A stretch of 64,000 bases of DNA from Thermoplasmatota archaeon. GTDB lineage: Archaea; Thermoplasmatota; Thermoplasmata; UBA10834. How positions within the stretch are numbered: position 1 is the stretch's first letter; the number at the start of each line of letters is the position of its first letter. This document shows, piece by piece, positions 1-10,664 of the stretch. Both the position numbers and the translations under genes were made by a program. Location: contig JBFMHR010000005.1 of assembly GCA_040751795.1 (NCBI GenBank), forward strand, positions 160,001 through 224,000, given 5' to 3'. The notes under the pieces are model-generated. The model saw only the letters and a program-made list of their open reading frames with translations, was not told the DNA's origin and searched no databases.

Positions 1-730
1 CCGCTATCTGGTCGTCGGCCCCGAGGTTGAAGTAGTTGAGCGTGTCCTTGGCGTGCTGGAAGCCGTGGACCATGGCGTCCGCGCACTCCTCGACCAGGAG
101 GTAGGACTTCATCTGCTTCCCGTCGCCCAGGACCTCGAGCGTCGTCGGGTCTCGGTTGAGCTTCTGGACGAGGTCGTAGAGGATGCCGTGGGTCGCCCTG
201 TGGCCTATGATGTTGGCGAACCTGTAGATGTAGCCCTTGATGCCGTAGAGCTCGGCGTAGGCGGAGACCATCGCCTCGCACGCCAGCTTCGAGGCGCCGT
301 AGAGGGATATGGGCAGCAGGGGTCCGTAGTCCTCGGGCGTGGGCACGGTCCTGGCCCTCCCGTAGACCGTGGACGTGGACGAGAAGACGAAGCTCTGCAC
401 GTCGGTCCTCCGGGCGCACTCGAGGGCGTTGAACGTCGCGAATGTGTTCTGCTCCAGGTCGGTCATGGTCGACTCGGTGCCCTTGCGTATGTCGGGGTTG
501 GCGGCCATGTGCCAGACGGAGGTGTGACCCCTCATCTCCTTGACAAGTGACTCGACGTCGAGGAGGTCGGCCTTGACGAACCTGAACCCCTTGTCGCCGA
601 TGTGGTGCTGGACGAACTCCTTCCTGCCGGTGCTGAGGTTGTCGTAGACCGTGACGCTGTTGTTCGGCGCGAGCCTGTCCACGACCCAGCTCCCTATGAA
701 TCCCGCCCCTCCGGTGACGAAGTAGTCCAT
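1..730 (-). CDS. NAD-dependent epimerase/dehydratase (extended SDR, UDP-glucose 4-epimerase-like); 3' end runs off the window
   Basis: Manual translation from the ATG at 730 gives MDYFVTGGAGFIGSWVVDRL (GxxGxxG) and later YGASK (YxxxK). Absent from the ORF track because it is truncated. Confidence 0.9.
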   Translation of the reverse strand, partial: MDYFVTGGAGFIGSWVVDRLAPNNSVTVYDNLSTGRKEFVQHHIGDKGFRFVKADLLDVESLVKEMRGHTSVWHMAANPDIRKGTESTMTDLEQNTFATFNALECARRTDVQSFVFSSTSTVYGRARTVPTPEDYGPLLPISLYGASKLACEAMVSAYAELYGIKGYIYRFANIIGHRATHGILYDLVQKLNRDPTTLEVLGDGKQMKSYLLVEECADAMVHGFQHAKDTLNYFNLGADDQIA

Positions 731-836
731 CGCCTGCACACCCTGTCGCTGTGGTTGCGGATTGCACCGGGGCCGTATTAAGGTTTATCAGACAGCGGCG
801 CCGGCCCCATTGCCGTCCATGCGGGCCGCAGCGCCA

Positions 837-1127
837 CTAGAGCACGGTGACCTTCAGCTTGTCCATGTCGAAGACCGGGTCCTTCTTCTTGTTGGGGTTG
901 GTCACGGCCATGAACAGCGTGCGCACGAAGGAGGACATGTTGACCTCGACGACCCTCTTCGATGATTTCAGCTTGTGCCGGTCGTACTCGTCGGCGAAAG
1001 ACCACGTGCACGACTTCACACCGTCGAAGTCCACCTCGACGGCGTCGCCGGGGAGCCTCTCGATCATGTCGAAGAGCTCCGCTGCGGAGGCCCTCATCAT
1101 GAGGTCCTCGGAGATTACCGATGACAA
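837..1127 (-). CDS. STAS-like / DUF4325 small protein
   Basis: RASAAELF...VEVDFDGVKSCTWSFADE matches the DUF4325/STAS pattern (xDFxGVxxxxxSFADE). Lies directly downstream of an HATPase gene. Start uncertain (TTG at 1127 or ATG near 1100). Confidence 0.7.
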   Translation of the reverse strand: MSSVISEDLMMRASAAELFDMIERLPGDAVEVDFDGVKSCTWSFADEYDRHKLKSSKRVVEVNMSSFVRTLFMAVTNPNKKKDPVFDMDKLKVTVL

Positions 1128-1137
1128 ACGAATCTGT

Positions 1138-1905
1138 TCAGGTGAAGCCGTAGATGTCCACCTCCCTCTCCTGGAGAGGAATCCGCACGGATACCAGTGT
1201 TCCTTCAAGGTGATAAAACTTGTCCTCAATACTGTACCCCTCGAGAGTGTCCTTACCTTCAGCGCCGCCTCCCCCGATCTCCACTGCACCGCGGCCGCTC
1301 ACAGTGAGGATCCTGCCCCGGAGCCCTCGAACGCATATCCTCACACTGGTCCGCAGCCCGAATCCCCTTCTCCCTTCCCTCTTGGACGACAGGCCATTCA
1401 TGGCCATCGCGATGGCTTCGATGTCGTCGTCGAAGATGATTCCGGATCTTCTGAGGCTGCCCGCCACCGTGATGCCATCATCGAGGACCGACATCTCCAC
1501 GAACCCCGCCCCGCGGGACTCCTGGGCCATGATGAACGCATTGTCTGAGTCCGAATGGTCGTGCACGTTCTGCATCAGCTCACCCATCAAATAGATGAAT
1601 GCATTCCTCCCCCCATACCCCCTTCCCCATTGGACTTGATCGGCTATGGCTGTACCCACTTCATTGATGGCCTGAGTGTCGCCCTGGAGCCTGAGAATCG
1701 AGCTGCTCGGCCCGCCGCACAGCCCGCCTTCCACGACGCGCGCAGCCTCGTCCATGTGCGCTTTCCTGAGGAAGTCGGCCAGCGGAAGGAGGGTGGTGGG
1801 GTTGGCCCCCGTGAGATCTCTCATCTCGCACAAGCCGGAGGACCGCGCAATCGCCCTGGTCTCGCAGAACCTCCTGTAGTCGGGCCATATCCTGTCGATC
1901 TCCAT
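1138..1905 (-). CDS. GHKL/HATPase_c ATP-binding protein (anti-sigma/kinase-like)
   Basis: N-box ELMQNVHDHS, G1 VLDDGITV, G2 GLSSK...RGFGL. Start placed at MEIDRIW. Confidence 0.8.
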   Translation of the reverse strand: MEIDRIWPDYRRFCETRAIARSSGLCEMRDLTGANPTTLLPLADFLRKAHMDEAARVVEGGLCGGPSSSILRLQGDTQAINEVGTAIADQVQWGRGYGGRNAFIYLMGELMQNVHDHSDSDNAFIMAQESRGAGFVEMSVLDDGITVAGSLRRSGIIFDDDIEAIAMAMNGLSSKREGRRGFGLRTSVRICVRGLRGRILTVSGRGAVEIGGGGAEGKDTLEGYSIEDKFYHLEGTLVSVRIPLQEREVDIYGFT

Positions 1906-2056
1906 GCCAGATGACTTGCCCACGCCGGTTGACGATTCTTCTCACTGCATGCATGCTGACTGTGGGCCTCGTGGGCCCCGGCGCCCCCCGGGTCAATGGA
2001 GGTCGGGCGATCCCGCCTCGCAAACCGTTATCATGCCCTACCATCATCATCGGCCG

Positions 2057-3139
2057 ATGACCGTCACCGTCGTCGTCGGCACGAGGCCCGAGATCATCAA
2101 GATGGCCCCCCTCTACTTCGCCCTGAGGAGGGCCAGGCTGAGGCCGCGGCTCGTCCACTCCGGTCAGCACTACGACTACCGGATGTCGCAGATCTTCTTC
2201 GAGGAGCTGGGCCTCCCCGAGCCCGACTCGTTCCTCGGCGTGGGCTCTGGCACGCCCGGGCAGCAGACCGGCGACGCCATCATCAAGTTCGAGGGGGAGT
2301 TCACCTCCCACCGCCCGGACTGCGTCCTGGTCGAGGGGGACACCAACACCGTGCTCGCCGGCGCCGTCTCATCCGTCAAGCTGGGCATCCCCGTGGGGCA
2401 CGTCGAGGCCGGCCTCAGGAGCTACGACCTCAGGATGCCGGAGGAGACGAACAGGAGGCTCACGGACCACATATCCGCGTACCTGTACGCGCCCACGAAG
2501 GACTCGGCCGACATACTGAGGAGGGAGCACGTCTGGGGCAGGGTGCACAGGACCGGCAACACGGTCATCGACGCGACGGTCCAGTACATGCCCAAGGCGC
2601 TGAGGCGGTCGGGGATCATGGACTCGGTCCCGTGGGACGAGTTCGCCCTCGCGACGCTGCACAGGGCGGAGAACGTCGACGACCCCGCGACGCTCAGGGG
2701 GATGGTCGAGGTCCTGGAGAAGGCTCCCCTGCCCGTGGTCCTCCCGCTGCACCCGAGGACCGACCTGCGGCTCAGGGAGGGCGGCCTCAAGGCGCGCGTC
2801 GAGTCGTCGGAGAACATCCGGCTCCTCCCGCCGACCGGCTACCTAGACACCTTGGCGCTGATGAGGCGCGCATCCTTCATATTGACGGATTCCGGTGGCA
2901 TCCAAGAAGAGGCGACCTCTCCTGTGTTGAAGAAAAGGGTGTTCGTGATGAGACTCTCGACCGAGCGCCCCGAGGCCGTGAGGGCCGGCTACTGCACCGT
3001 CGTCGGGACCGAGCCCCGCGCGGTCCTGCGCGCGCTCGAGGCGCACATGAGGAGCCCGAGGACGCGGTTCGCCCCCTGCCCGTACGGGAAGGGCGACGCG
3101 GCGGAGAGGATCGCCTCCGCCCTCAGGGAGGCCCTCTGA
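2057..3139 (+). CDS. wecB: UDP-N-acetylglucosamine 2-epimerase (non-hydrolysing)
   Basis: VVGTRPEIIKMAP, HSGQHYD, GDTNT, HVEAGLRS, PEETNR, TDSGGIQEEA, TERPE motifs; ATG at 2057. Confidence 0.95.
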   Translation: MTVTVVVGTRPEIIKMAPLYFALRRARLRPRLVHSGQHYDYRMSQIFFEELGLPEPDSFLGVGSGTPGQQTGDAIIKFEGEFTSHRPDCVLVEGDTNTVLAGAVSSVKLGIPVGHVEAGLRSYDLRMPEETNRRLTDHISAYLYAPTKDSADILRREHVWGRVHRTGNTVIDATVQYMPKALRRSGIMDSVPWDEFALATLHRAENVDDPATLRGMVEVLEKAPLPVVLPLHPRTDLRLREGGLKARVESSENIRLLPPTGYLDTLALMRRASFILTDSGGIQEEATSPVLKKRVFVMRLSTERPEAVRAGYCTVVGTEPRAVLRALEAHMRSPRTRFAPCPYGKGDAAERIASALREAL

Positions 3140-3205
3140 GGCAGCCGAGAACCCTCATATAGTGCGCAGCGTGATGGCCCCCACGCCCGAGGAGGGACGC
3201 GCTGA

Positions 3206-3709
3206 ATGGCGTTCGATGTCAAGAAGTGGTTCATGCTCCAGATGTGGAGGGTGCAGCAGATCGCGGCCATACTTTCCCTGGTGATGCTGGCCATCACCGA
3301 CGCCCTCCTGATATACGACAAGGTCAGCTGGCGCGAGGGCATATTCTCGACCCCCTACACCGGCGCCACGGTCATACTCCTCCTCATCGCCCTCGCCATA
3401 TGGGTGATATCGATCGTCTGGGACACGCGCCTCAAGATGTGGCGCGAGCAGATGACCGTCCTCGTGGAGAAGAACCCCTTCAACAAGGAGCGCATGGCGC
3501 CCAAGGAGATCGTCATGTACTCCCTGATGTGGCTCCCGATGCTCGAGAGCATCGGCAGGTCGGACCCGAAGGTCAGGGACGCCGCCGTGGCCCTCCGCGA
3601 GTGGGTCAACAAGGCCGCCAAGGAGGACCCCGCCATATCGAGGGACGTGGGCGAGATACTCAAGTTCATCGACGTCAAGGAGACCAAGGTGGTCGAGATC
3701 AGGAAGTGA
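3206..3709 (+). CDS. Hypothetical membrane protein (2 TM helices)
   Basis: 167 aa, host-like codon usage, GGAGG upstream, two hydrophobic segments. Confidence 0.75.
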   Translation: MAFDVKKWFMLQMWRVQQIAAILSLVMLAITDALLIYDKVSWREGIFSTPYTGATVILLLIALAIWVISIVWDTRLKMWREQMTVLVEKNPFNKERMAPKEIVMYSLMWLPMLESIGRSDPKVRDAAVALREWVNKAAKEDPAISRDVGEILKFIDVKETKVVEIRK

Positions 3710-3711
3710 AC

Positions 3712-4506
3712 CTACTTCCTCCTCTTCCTCAAGGCGCAGTACAGAGGGCTGTAGACCAGCCCGGCGCGCTCCATGAAGCTCTCGAACGCTATCCTGCCAG
3801 GGGGCCCTCCCCTGAGCACCCTCTGCAGGCGCCAGCCGTCGCTCTTGATGAAGTTCGCCGCCAGCGAGGGGTGCTTCCGTATGAGGGGGTAGTAGGTCAG
3901 GGCGTACAGGACCTTGTTCCTGATCCACCTCTCCGGGTAGTCGCGCGCGATGTCCAGGCCGATGGCCTCCGTCTCGTAGAGCCCTGAGCCGTGCACCATC
4001 CTGCCCCTCCCGGCCTTCCGCGCCCTGAGGGTTATGTCGAGGTCGTCGCCGCCTGTGATCTCGGGGTCGTAGCCCCCGAGCGTCCCGAGGAAGAAATCCC
4101 GCCTGAAGATCCAGGCGTAGTGGGTCTCCGCGGCCGCGCCCCATCCGCCCTGCATGTAGTCCAGGCCCTCCGCGGCCAGCCTCCGGAACATCGCCATGTC
4201 GAACGACCGGATGACGACGTCGTCGTCGCAGATGCAGACCCAGTCCGACGCGGCGAGCTCCGCGCCTCGGTTCCTGGCGGCGAGGCGGTCCAGCTCCTCG
4301 AACACATGCCTCGCACCGTGCCTCTCGCAGAGCGCGCGGACCTGCTCCCGCTCCCTCCTGGAGGAGTCCACGACGATGACCTCGTCGAACCCCAGGGACG
4401 CGTTCGCGGGGAGCGTCCTGGAGAGGTGGTCGAGCTTGTCCATCGTCGGGACGACCAGCGCGACCGTCGTCCGCCCGCCCGCCGCCTCAGCGCCCATAGC
4501 GTCCAT
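3712..4506 (-). CDS. Glycosyltransferase family 2
   Basis: LVVPT, EVIVVDSS, AARNRG, CICDDD (DxD), GGDDLD. Confidence 0.85.
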   Translation of the reverse strand: MDAMGAEAAGGRTTVALVVPTMDKLDHLSRTLPANASLGFDEVIVVDSSRREREQVRALCERHGARHVFEELDRLAARNRGAELAASDWVCICDDDVVIRSFDMAMFRRLAAEGLDYMQGGWGAAAETHYAWIFRRDFFLGTLGGYDPEITGGDDLDITLRARKAGRGRMVHGSGLYETEAIGLDIARDYPERWIRNKVLYALTYYPLIRKHPSLAANFIKSDGWRLQRVLRGGPPGRIAFESFMERAGLVYSPLYCALRKRRK

Positions 4507-4561
4507 GTAAGGCACCAGGGGGTTTGAAATAACTTGGTGTCGGATACCGATGCGGGCACAC

Positions 4562-5848
4562 ATGGCGGACATACGCGTGAGGCTCGGGCTGACCCCTGGG
4601 CGCACACACTCGCTCTACACGGAGCTCCTCGAGGCCCCGCCCGAGGGCGTGGAGTACCTGACCGAGGGGCCGGGGGCCGGCCCATCCGCCCCAGGCGCCA
4701 CGGCGGGGCGGCCGCTGTCCCACAGGCTGAGGAGGAGCCCCATCGTGCGCTCCATCGCCGACCCGGTGTTCGCGTCGGCGCTCCCTACAGACCGCGGGGC
4801 GAGCAGGCTCGGGATGGCCGCGGCGAGGGCCATGGTCTCCCTCGCGGGCGGGAAGAACATGCCCGCCAGGGACTTCGACTTGTTCCACTCGGTCGGGGCC
4901 GGCATGGTCGAGAACATCCCGTGGATCGTGGAGAACGACGTCCGCTGGGTGGTCGACATGGAGCACGTGGCCTCCCTCTTCGGGTACTACGGCGACTGGC
5001 GCAGGAGGATGTACAGGGCCTCCCCCAAGCGGGTCCTGACGAGGCAGCTCCGCTCCCGCTACTGCAGGAGGGTGCTGCCCTGGACCCGCGCGGCCAAGAG
5101 GACCGTCGACGAGGTCCTGGGCGACGAGGTCGTCTCCGCGAAGACGGAGGTCCTCCCGCTCGCCGTCCGGCCGGCGCCCCCGCGGCCGGAGGACGTCCGG
5201 AGGGGCGACCGGGTGCGGATACTCTTCATGGGCAGCTCCAACTTCAGGGGCGAGTTCTGGTCCAAGGGGGGGCTGGAGGTCCTCGAGTCGTACAGGCGGC
5301 TCAGGGAGAGGCTGGGCGACTCGGTGGAGCTGGCCTTCAGGTGCTGGATGCCAGAAGAGCTCAGGGCGGAGTACGGGTCCCTCCCGGGGCTGGTGCAGAC
5401 GACCGACGTGGTCCCCAGGGAGGAGCTCGACAGGCTGTTCTGGTCCTCCGACGTCTTCCTCTTCCCGTCCCACAACACCCCGGGCATGGCGTTCCTGGAG
5501 GCGATGAGGTTCGGCCTCCCCATCGTGGGGAAGCGGATATGGGCGAACGGGGAGATCGTCGAGGACGGCGTCACCGGGTTCCTCGTGGAGCCGTCCGAGG
5601 GCATACCGTACTACCTCCCCGGCTTCGTCCCCAACTGGAGCATGGACTCCGGCCCGTTCCTCCCGCACATGAGGCGGAGGGACGACAGGGTCATAATGGA
5701 CCTCACGGACCGGCTGGAGAGGCTCGCGACGGAGCCCTCCCTGAGGCGCTCGATGGGCCAGAGGGCCCGCGAGGCGGTCGAGGACGGCCCGTTCTCCATA
5801 TCGAAGCGCAACGCGCGGCTCAGGAAGGTCTACGAGGAGTCGCTCTAG
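4562..5848 (+). CDS. Glycosyltransferase family 4 (GT-B)
   Basis: KGGLEVLE, SDVFLFPS, GMAFLEAMRFGLPIV, EIVEDGVTGFLV. Confidence 0.88.
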   Translation: MADIRVRLGLTPGRTHSLYTELLEAPPEGVEYLTEGPGAGPSAPGATAGRPLSHRLRRSPIVRSIADPVFASALPTDRGASRLGMAAARAMVSLAGGKNMPARDFDLFHSVGAGMVENIPWIVENDVRWVVDMEHVASLFGYYGDWRRRMYRASPKRVLTRQLRSRYCRRVLPWTRAAKRTVDEVLGDEVVSAKTEVLPLAVRPAPPRPEDVRRGDRVRILFMGSSNFRGEFWSKGGLEVLESYRRLRERLGDSVELAFRCWMPEELRAEYGSLPGLVQTTDVVPREELDRLFWSSDVFLFPSHNTPGMAFLEAMRFGLPIVGKRIWANGEIVEDGVTGFLVEPSEGIPYYLPGFVPNWSMDSGPFLPHMRRRDDRVIMDLTDRLERLATEPSLRRSMGQRAREAVEDGPFSISKRNARLRKVYEESL

Positions 5849-5854
5849 CGCCGC

Positions 5855-7069
5855 TCAGCGGAGCGCCTTCGCGTATTCCCCGGCCATGGCCCTCGCGTGC
5901 GCGAGGTGTGAGTGGTGCGCGGCGACGTACTCCCTGGCGGCCCTGCCCAGCGCATCCGCCATGGCCCTGTCGTCCGCCAGCGACCCGATGGCCGACGCTA
6001 TCGCCCCGGGGTCCGCCTCGGGCACGACGAGGCCCGTCCCGCCGTGCCTGACGGTCTCCTTGAGGCCGCCGATGCCCGTGACCACGACGGGGAGCCCTGC
6101 CGCCATGCCCTCGAGCATCGAGAGCGAAGTTGCCTCCTGGACCCCGGCGGACGACACAGAGGGGATCAGCACCGCGTCGCTCGCCGCGTAGAACCGTGCG
6201 ATCCTCTCGTGCGGGACCGTCCCCTCCATGACGACCCTGCCCTGCAGCCCCAGGTCGCGGACGAGCCCCTCTATGCCCGCCCTCTCGGGCCCGTCCCCCG
6301 CGAGCACCAGGCGGATGTCCTTGCCTTCCTTGCCGATCAGGCCCGCGGCCCTCACGGCGTGGTCCACGCCGTTCTTCACCACGAGCCTCCTCGGGCACAG
6401 GACGACCGTCGCCGGGCCCTCGAGGCCCAGAGCGCGCCGCGCCTCCGCCTTCTCCTCCGCCGTCGCAGGCCTGAACGCCTCCGTGTCGACGGCGTTGGGG
6501 AGCACGGCGGCCCGCTCGCCGGGCACCTCGGCCATGCCGAGGACGTAGTCCCTGATCCTCGAGTCGACGCAGACGATCCTGTCGGCCCGCTCGTAGACGC
6601 CCTTCTCGAGAGCCATGGACCTCTCGTATGCGGGGGACCCCTCCCTCAGCTCGCGGCTGCTGGAGGCCTCCCGCGTGAAGTACCCGTGGAGCGTGAGCAC
6701 GGCGGGGGCGTCCTCGGCGCGCCTGCCCAGCTCCGACCATGCGTCCCTCGCCGCCGGGACGTCGTGCGGGTTCACCACGTCCGAGCCGAGCCCCGCCCTG
6801 GCCAGCTGCCTGAGGAGCTGGGCCGAGTACTGGGACATGTAGTGCTCGTACCTCCGCTCGCGCTCCCCCATGCGGCGCCTTATGATGAGTCCGGAGAGGT
6901 CCCTCCTCAGCCTGAAGAGCGCCGTCTCCCTGGCGCAGACGAGCTCCGGGGAGACGCCTGCCGCGGAGAGCCCCTTCATCAGGAGCCTTATGTGGGTGGT
7001 CTTGCCCCCGGCGCCGCCCCTCTTCCAGGGGTCGTCCGTGGACACGATGGAAACGCTCTCGAGAGCCAT
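5855..7069 (-). CDS. Glycosyltransferase family 4 (GT-B)
   Basis: RRLVVKNGV, GDGPER, EATSLSMLEGMAAGLPVV, ETVRHGGTGLVV. Confidence 0.9.
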   Translation of the reverse strand: MALESVSIVSTDDPWKRGGAGGKTTHIRLLMKGLSAAGVSPELVCARETALFRLRRDLSGLIIRRRMGERERRYEHYMSQYSAQLLRQLARAGLGSDVVNPHDVPAARDAWSELGRRAEDAPAVLTLHGYFTREASSSRELREGSPAYERSMALEKGVYERADRIVCVDSRIRDYVLGMAEVPGERAAVLPNAVDTEAFRPATAEEKAEARRALGLEGPATVVLCPRRLVVKNGVDHAVRAAGLIGKEGKDIRLVLAGDGPERAGIEGLVRDLGLQGRVVMEGTVPHERIARFYAASDAVLIPSVSSAGVQEATSLSMLEGMAAGLPVVVTGIGGLKETVRHGGTGLVVPEADPGAIASAIGSLADDRAMADALGRAAREYVAAHHSHLAHARAMAGEYAKALR

Positions 7070-7192
7070 GCCGTCCCTCCGCTCCGCGGCCCCGGGCTAG
7101 GGCGTCTGGCGTGATTATCCTTTCCCCCGGGCGTGGAAAAGGTCTATGATGCCGTACGCCTCTGTCGCGGACGGTCGTCGGAGGACTCTGGG

Positions 7193-9182
<1,990 letters not shown>

Positions 9183-9191
9183 ACAGCGCCA

Positions 9192-10421
9192 CTACCTCGA
9201 GACCTTGTTGACCGCCTTCGCGAACGCGTCGGCGACGTGCTCCATGTCCTCCCGCGTGAGGTACTGGTGGCAGCCGATGTAGAACCCGTTGGCGCCGGCG
9301 TACTCGGCGTTGGGCAGCTTCCCCTGGTACCTCTTCCTCAGGTGGGCGTAGGCGGGCTGGTGGATGGGGATGCAGCCGAAGAGGGGCCTCGTCTCCACGC
9401 CCTCGGCCTCGAGGGCGAGCTGCAGCCTCTCCCTGTTGAGCGTCCCCGGGTCCCTGATCACGAGCGGGTACCCCAGGTAGCTCACGTCGTCGGAGTAGAG
9501 CGGCAGCCTCAGGACGGACGAGTGCCTGGAGAGGAGGTCGTTCAGCACCTTCACGTTCGCCCTCCTCTTCCTGGCGATCTCGTTGTCCCTCAGGGTGTGC
9601 GCCTCCAGCTGGGCGTTCGCGATCGCGGCCGAGAACTCCGTCGTCTTGAAGTTGTACCCCACCTCGTCGTGGAGGAACCTGGGGTCCCAGTCCCGCTTCC
9701 CATCGCGGAACTTAGGGCACTTCCCATCGGGCCTGGTGCACACGGCGCAGTCGCAGACGCGGCCGTTCGCCTTGATCTTCCTGACGCGCCTCGCCACCTC
9801 GCGGTCGTCGGTGCAGACAGCCCCCAGCTCCCCCGCCTGGATGTTGTGCGCTATGTAGAACGAGAAGGACGATGCGTGCCCCCAGGACCCTGCCGGGCTC
9901 TCCCCGCGGTACGATCCGTGGGCCTGGGAGGCGTCTTCGAACAGCTCCAGATCCCGCCTATTGGCGATGGAGCGGAACCGGGGCATGTCGCACATGTACC
10001 CCATCAGGTGGACCGGCACCACCATTCCGGACTGGTCCCCCTTCGACTCGAGTGCCTCCTCCACGCGGTCCGGGTGGAGCGAGAAGGTCTCGGGCTCGAC
10101 ATCCGCGAACAGCGGCTCCATCCCGGACAGGACTATGGCGTTCGCCGTCGCGGCGTAGGTCAGCGGCGTGGTGACGGCCCAGTCTACCCCGTCGCCGCCC
10201 TCCTCCCTGATCCTCCTGAGGGCCACCATGCCCGCGATCAGGGCGGAGGTGCCGGAGTTCAGGGCGACGCAGTGGGAGGTCCCCACGAACGCGCTGAAGG
10301 CGTTCTCGAAGGCCCGGGTCTCCCTCCCCTCCGAGACGCGCCCGGAGTCCAGCACCCTGAGGACGGCCTTCCTCATCCCGTCATCCACCTCGAAATGGCC
10401 GACGCTCACCCTGCGCTTCAT
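9192..10421 (-). CDS. DegT/DnrJ/EryC1/StrS-fold enzyme, ColD/RfbH(E1)-like 3-dehydratase (His at the Schiff-base position)
   Basis: NSGTSAL, VPVHLMG, EDASQAHG, SFYIAHNIQAGELG (H where aminotransferases have K), GRVCDCAVCTRPDGKC, GYNFK. Confidence 0.85.
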   Translation of the reverse strand: MKRRVSVGHFEVDDGMRKAVLRVLDSGRVSEGRETRAFENAFSAFVGTSHCVALNSGTSALIAGMVALRRIREEGGDGVDWAVTTPLTYAATANAIVLSGMEPLFADVEPETFSLHPDRVEEALESKGDQSGMVVPVHLMGYMCDMPRFRSIANRRDLELFEDASQAHGSYRGESPAGSWGHASSFSFYIAHNIQAGELGAVCTDDREVARRVRKIKANGRVCDCAVCTRPDGKCPKFRDGKRDWDPRFLHDEVGYNFKTTEFSAAIANAQLEAHTLRDNEIARKRRANVKVLNDLLSRHSSVLRLPLYSDDVSYLGYPLVIRDPGTLNRERLQLALEAEGVETRPLFGCIPIHQPAYAHLRKRYQGKLPNAEYAGANGFYIGCHQYLTREDMEHVADAFAKAVNKVSR

Positions 10422-10489
10422 GCGACCGCCTGAGGGAAGGCCTAGCCCGGCTATAGCGCTTTCTGGGCGCCTGCGCCCCCGTCCCTAGG

Positions 10490-10545
10490 GGGCGGTTCTT
10501 TACGGTTATAACGGCCTTAAGGTCGAGGCTATATATATCTCGAAA
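10490..10545. promoter_or_regulatory. Divergent archaeal promoter region with short palindromes
   Basis: AT-rich patch with GTTATAAC, CCTTAAGG and TCGAG-GCTATATATAT-CTCGA between divergent genes. Confidence 0.5.
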
Positions 10546-10664
10546 TCCTTCATTACCTAAGCCGAGCCGGAGCAGTCCTACGGAGCGCACCCCTGTTGGC
10601 GCGGAGGTTCGCGCGCCCGCGCGGGTGCGAGGGCGGACCCGGTGTCGGCCGGATACCCCCATCC

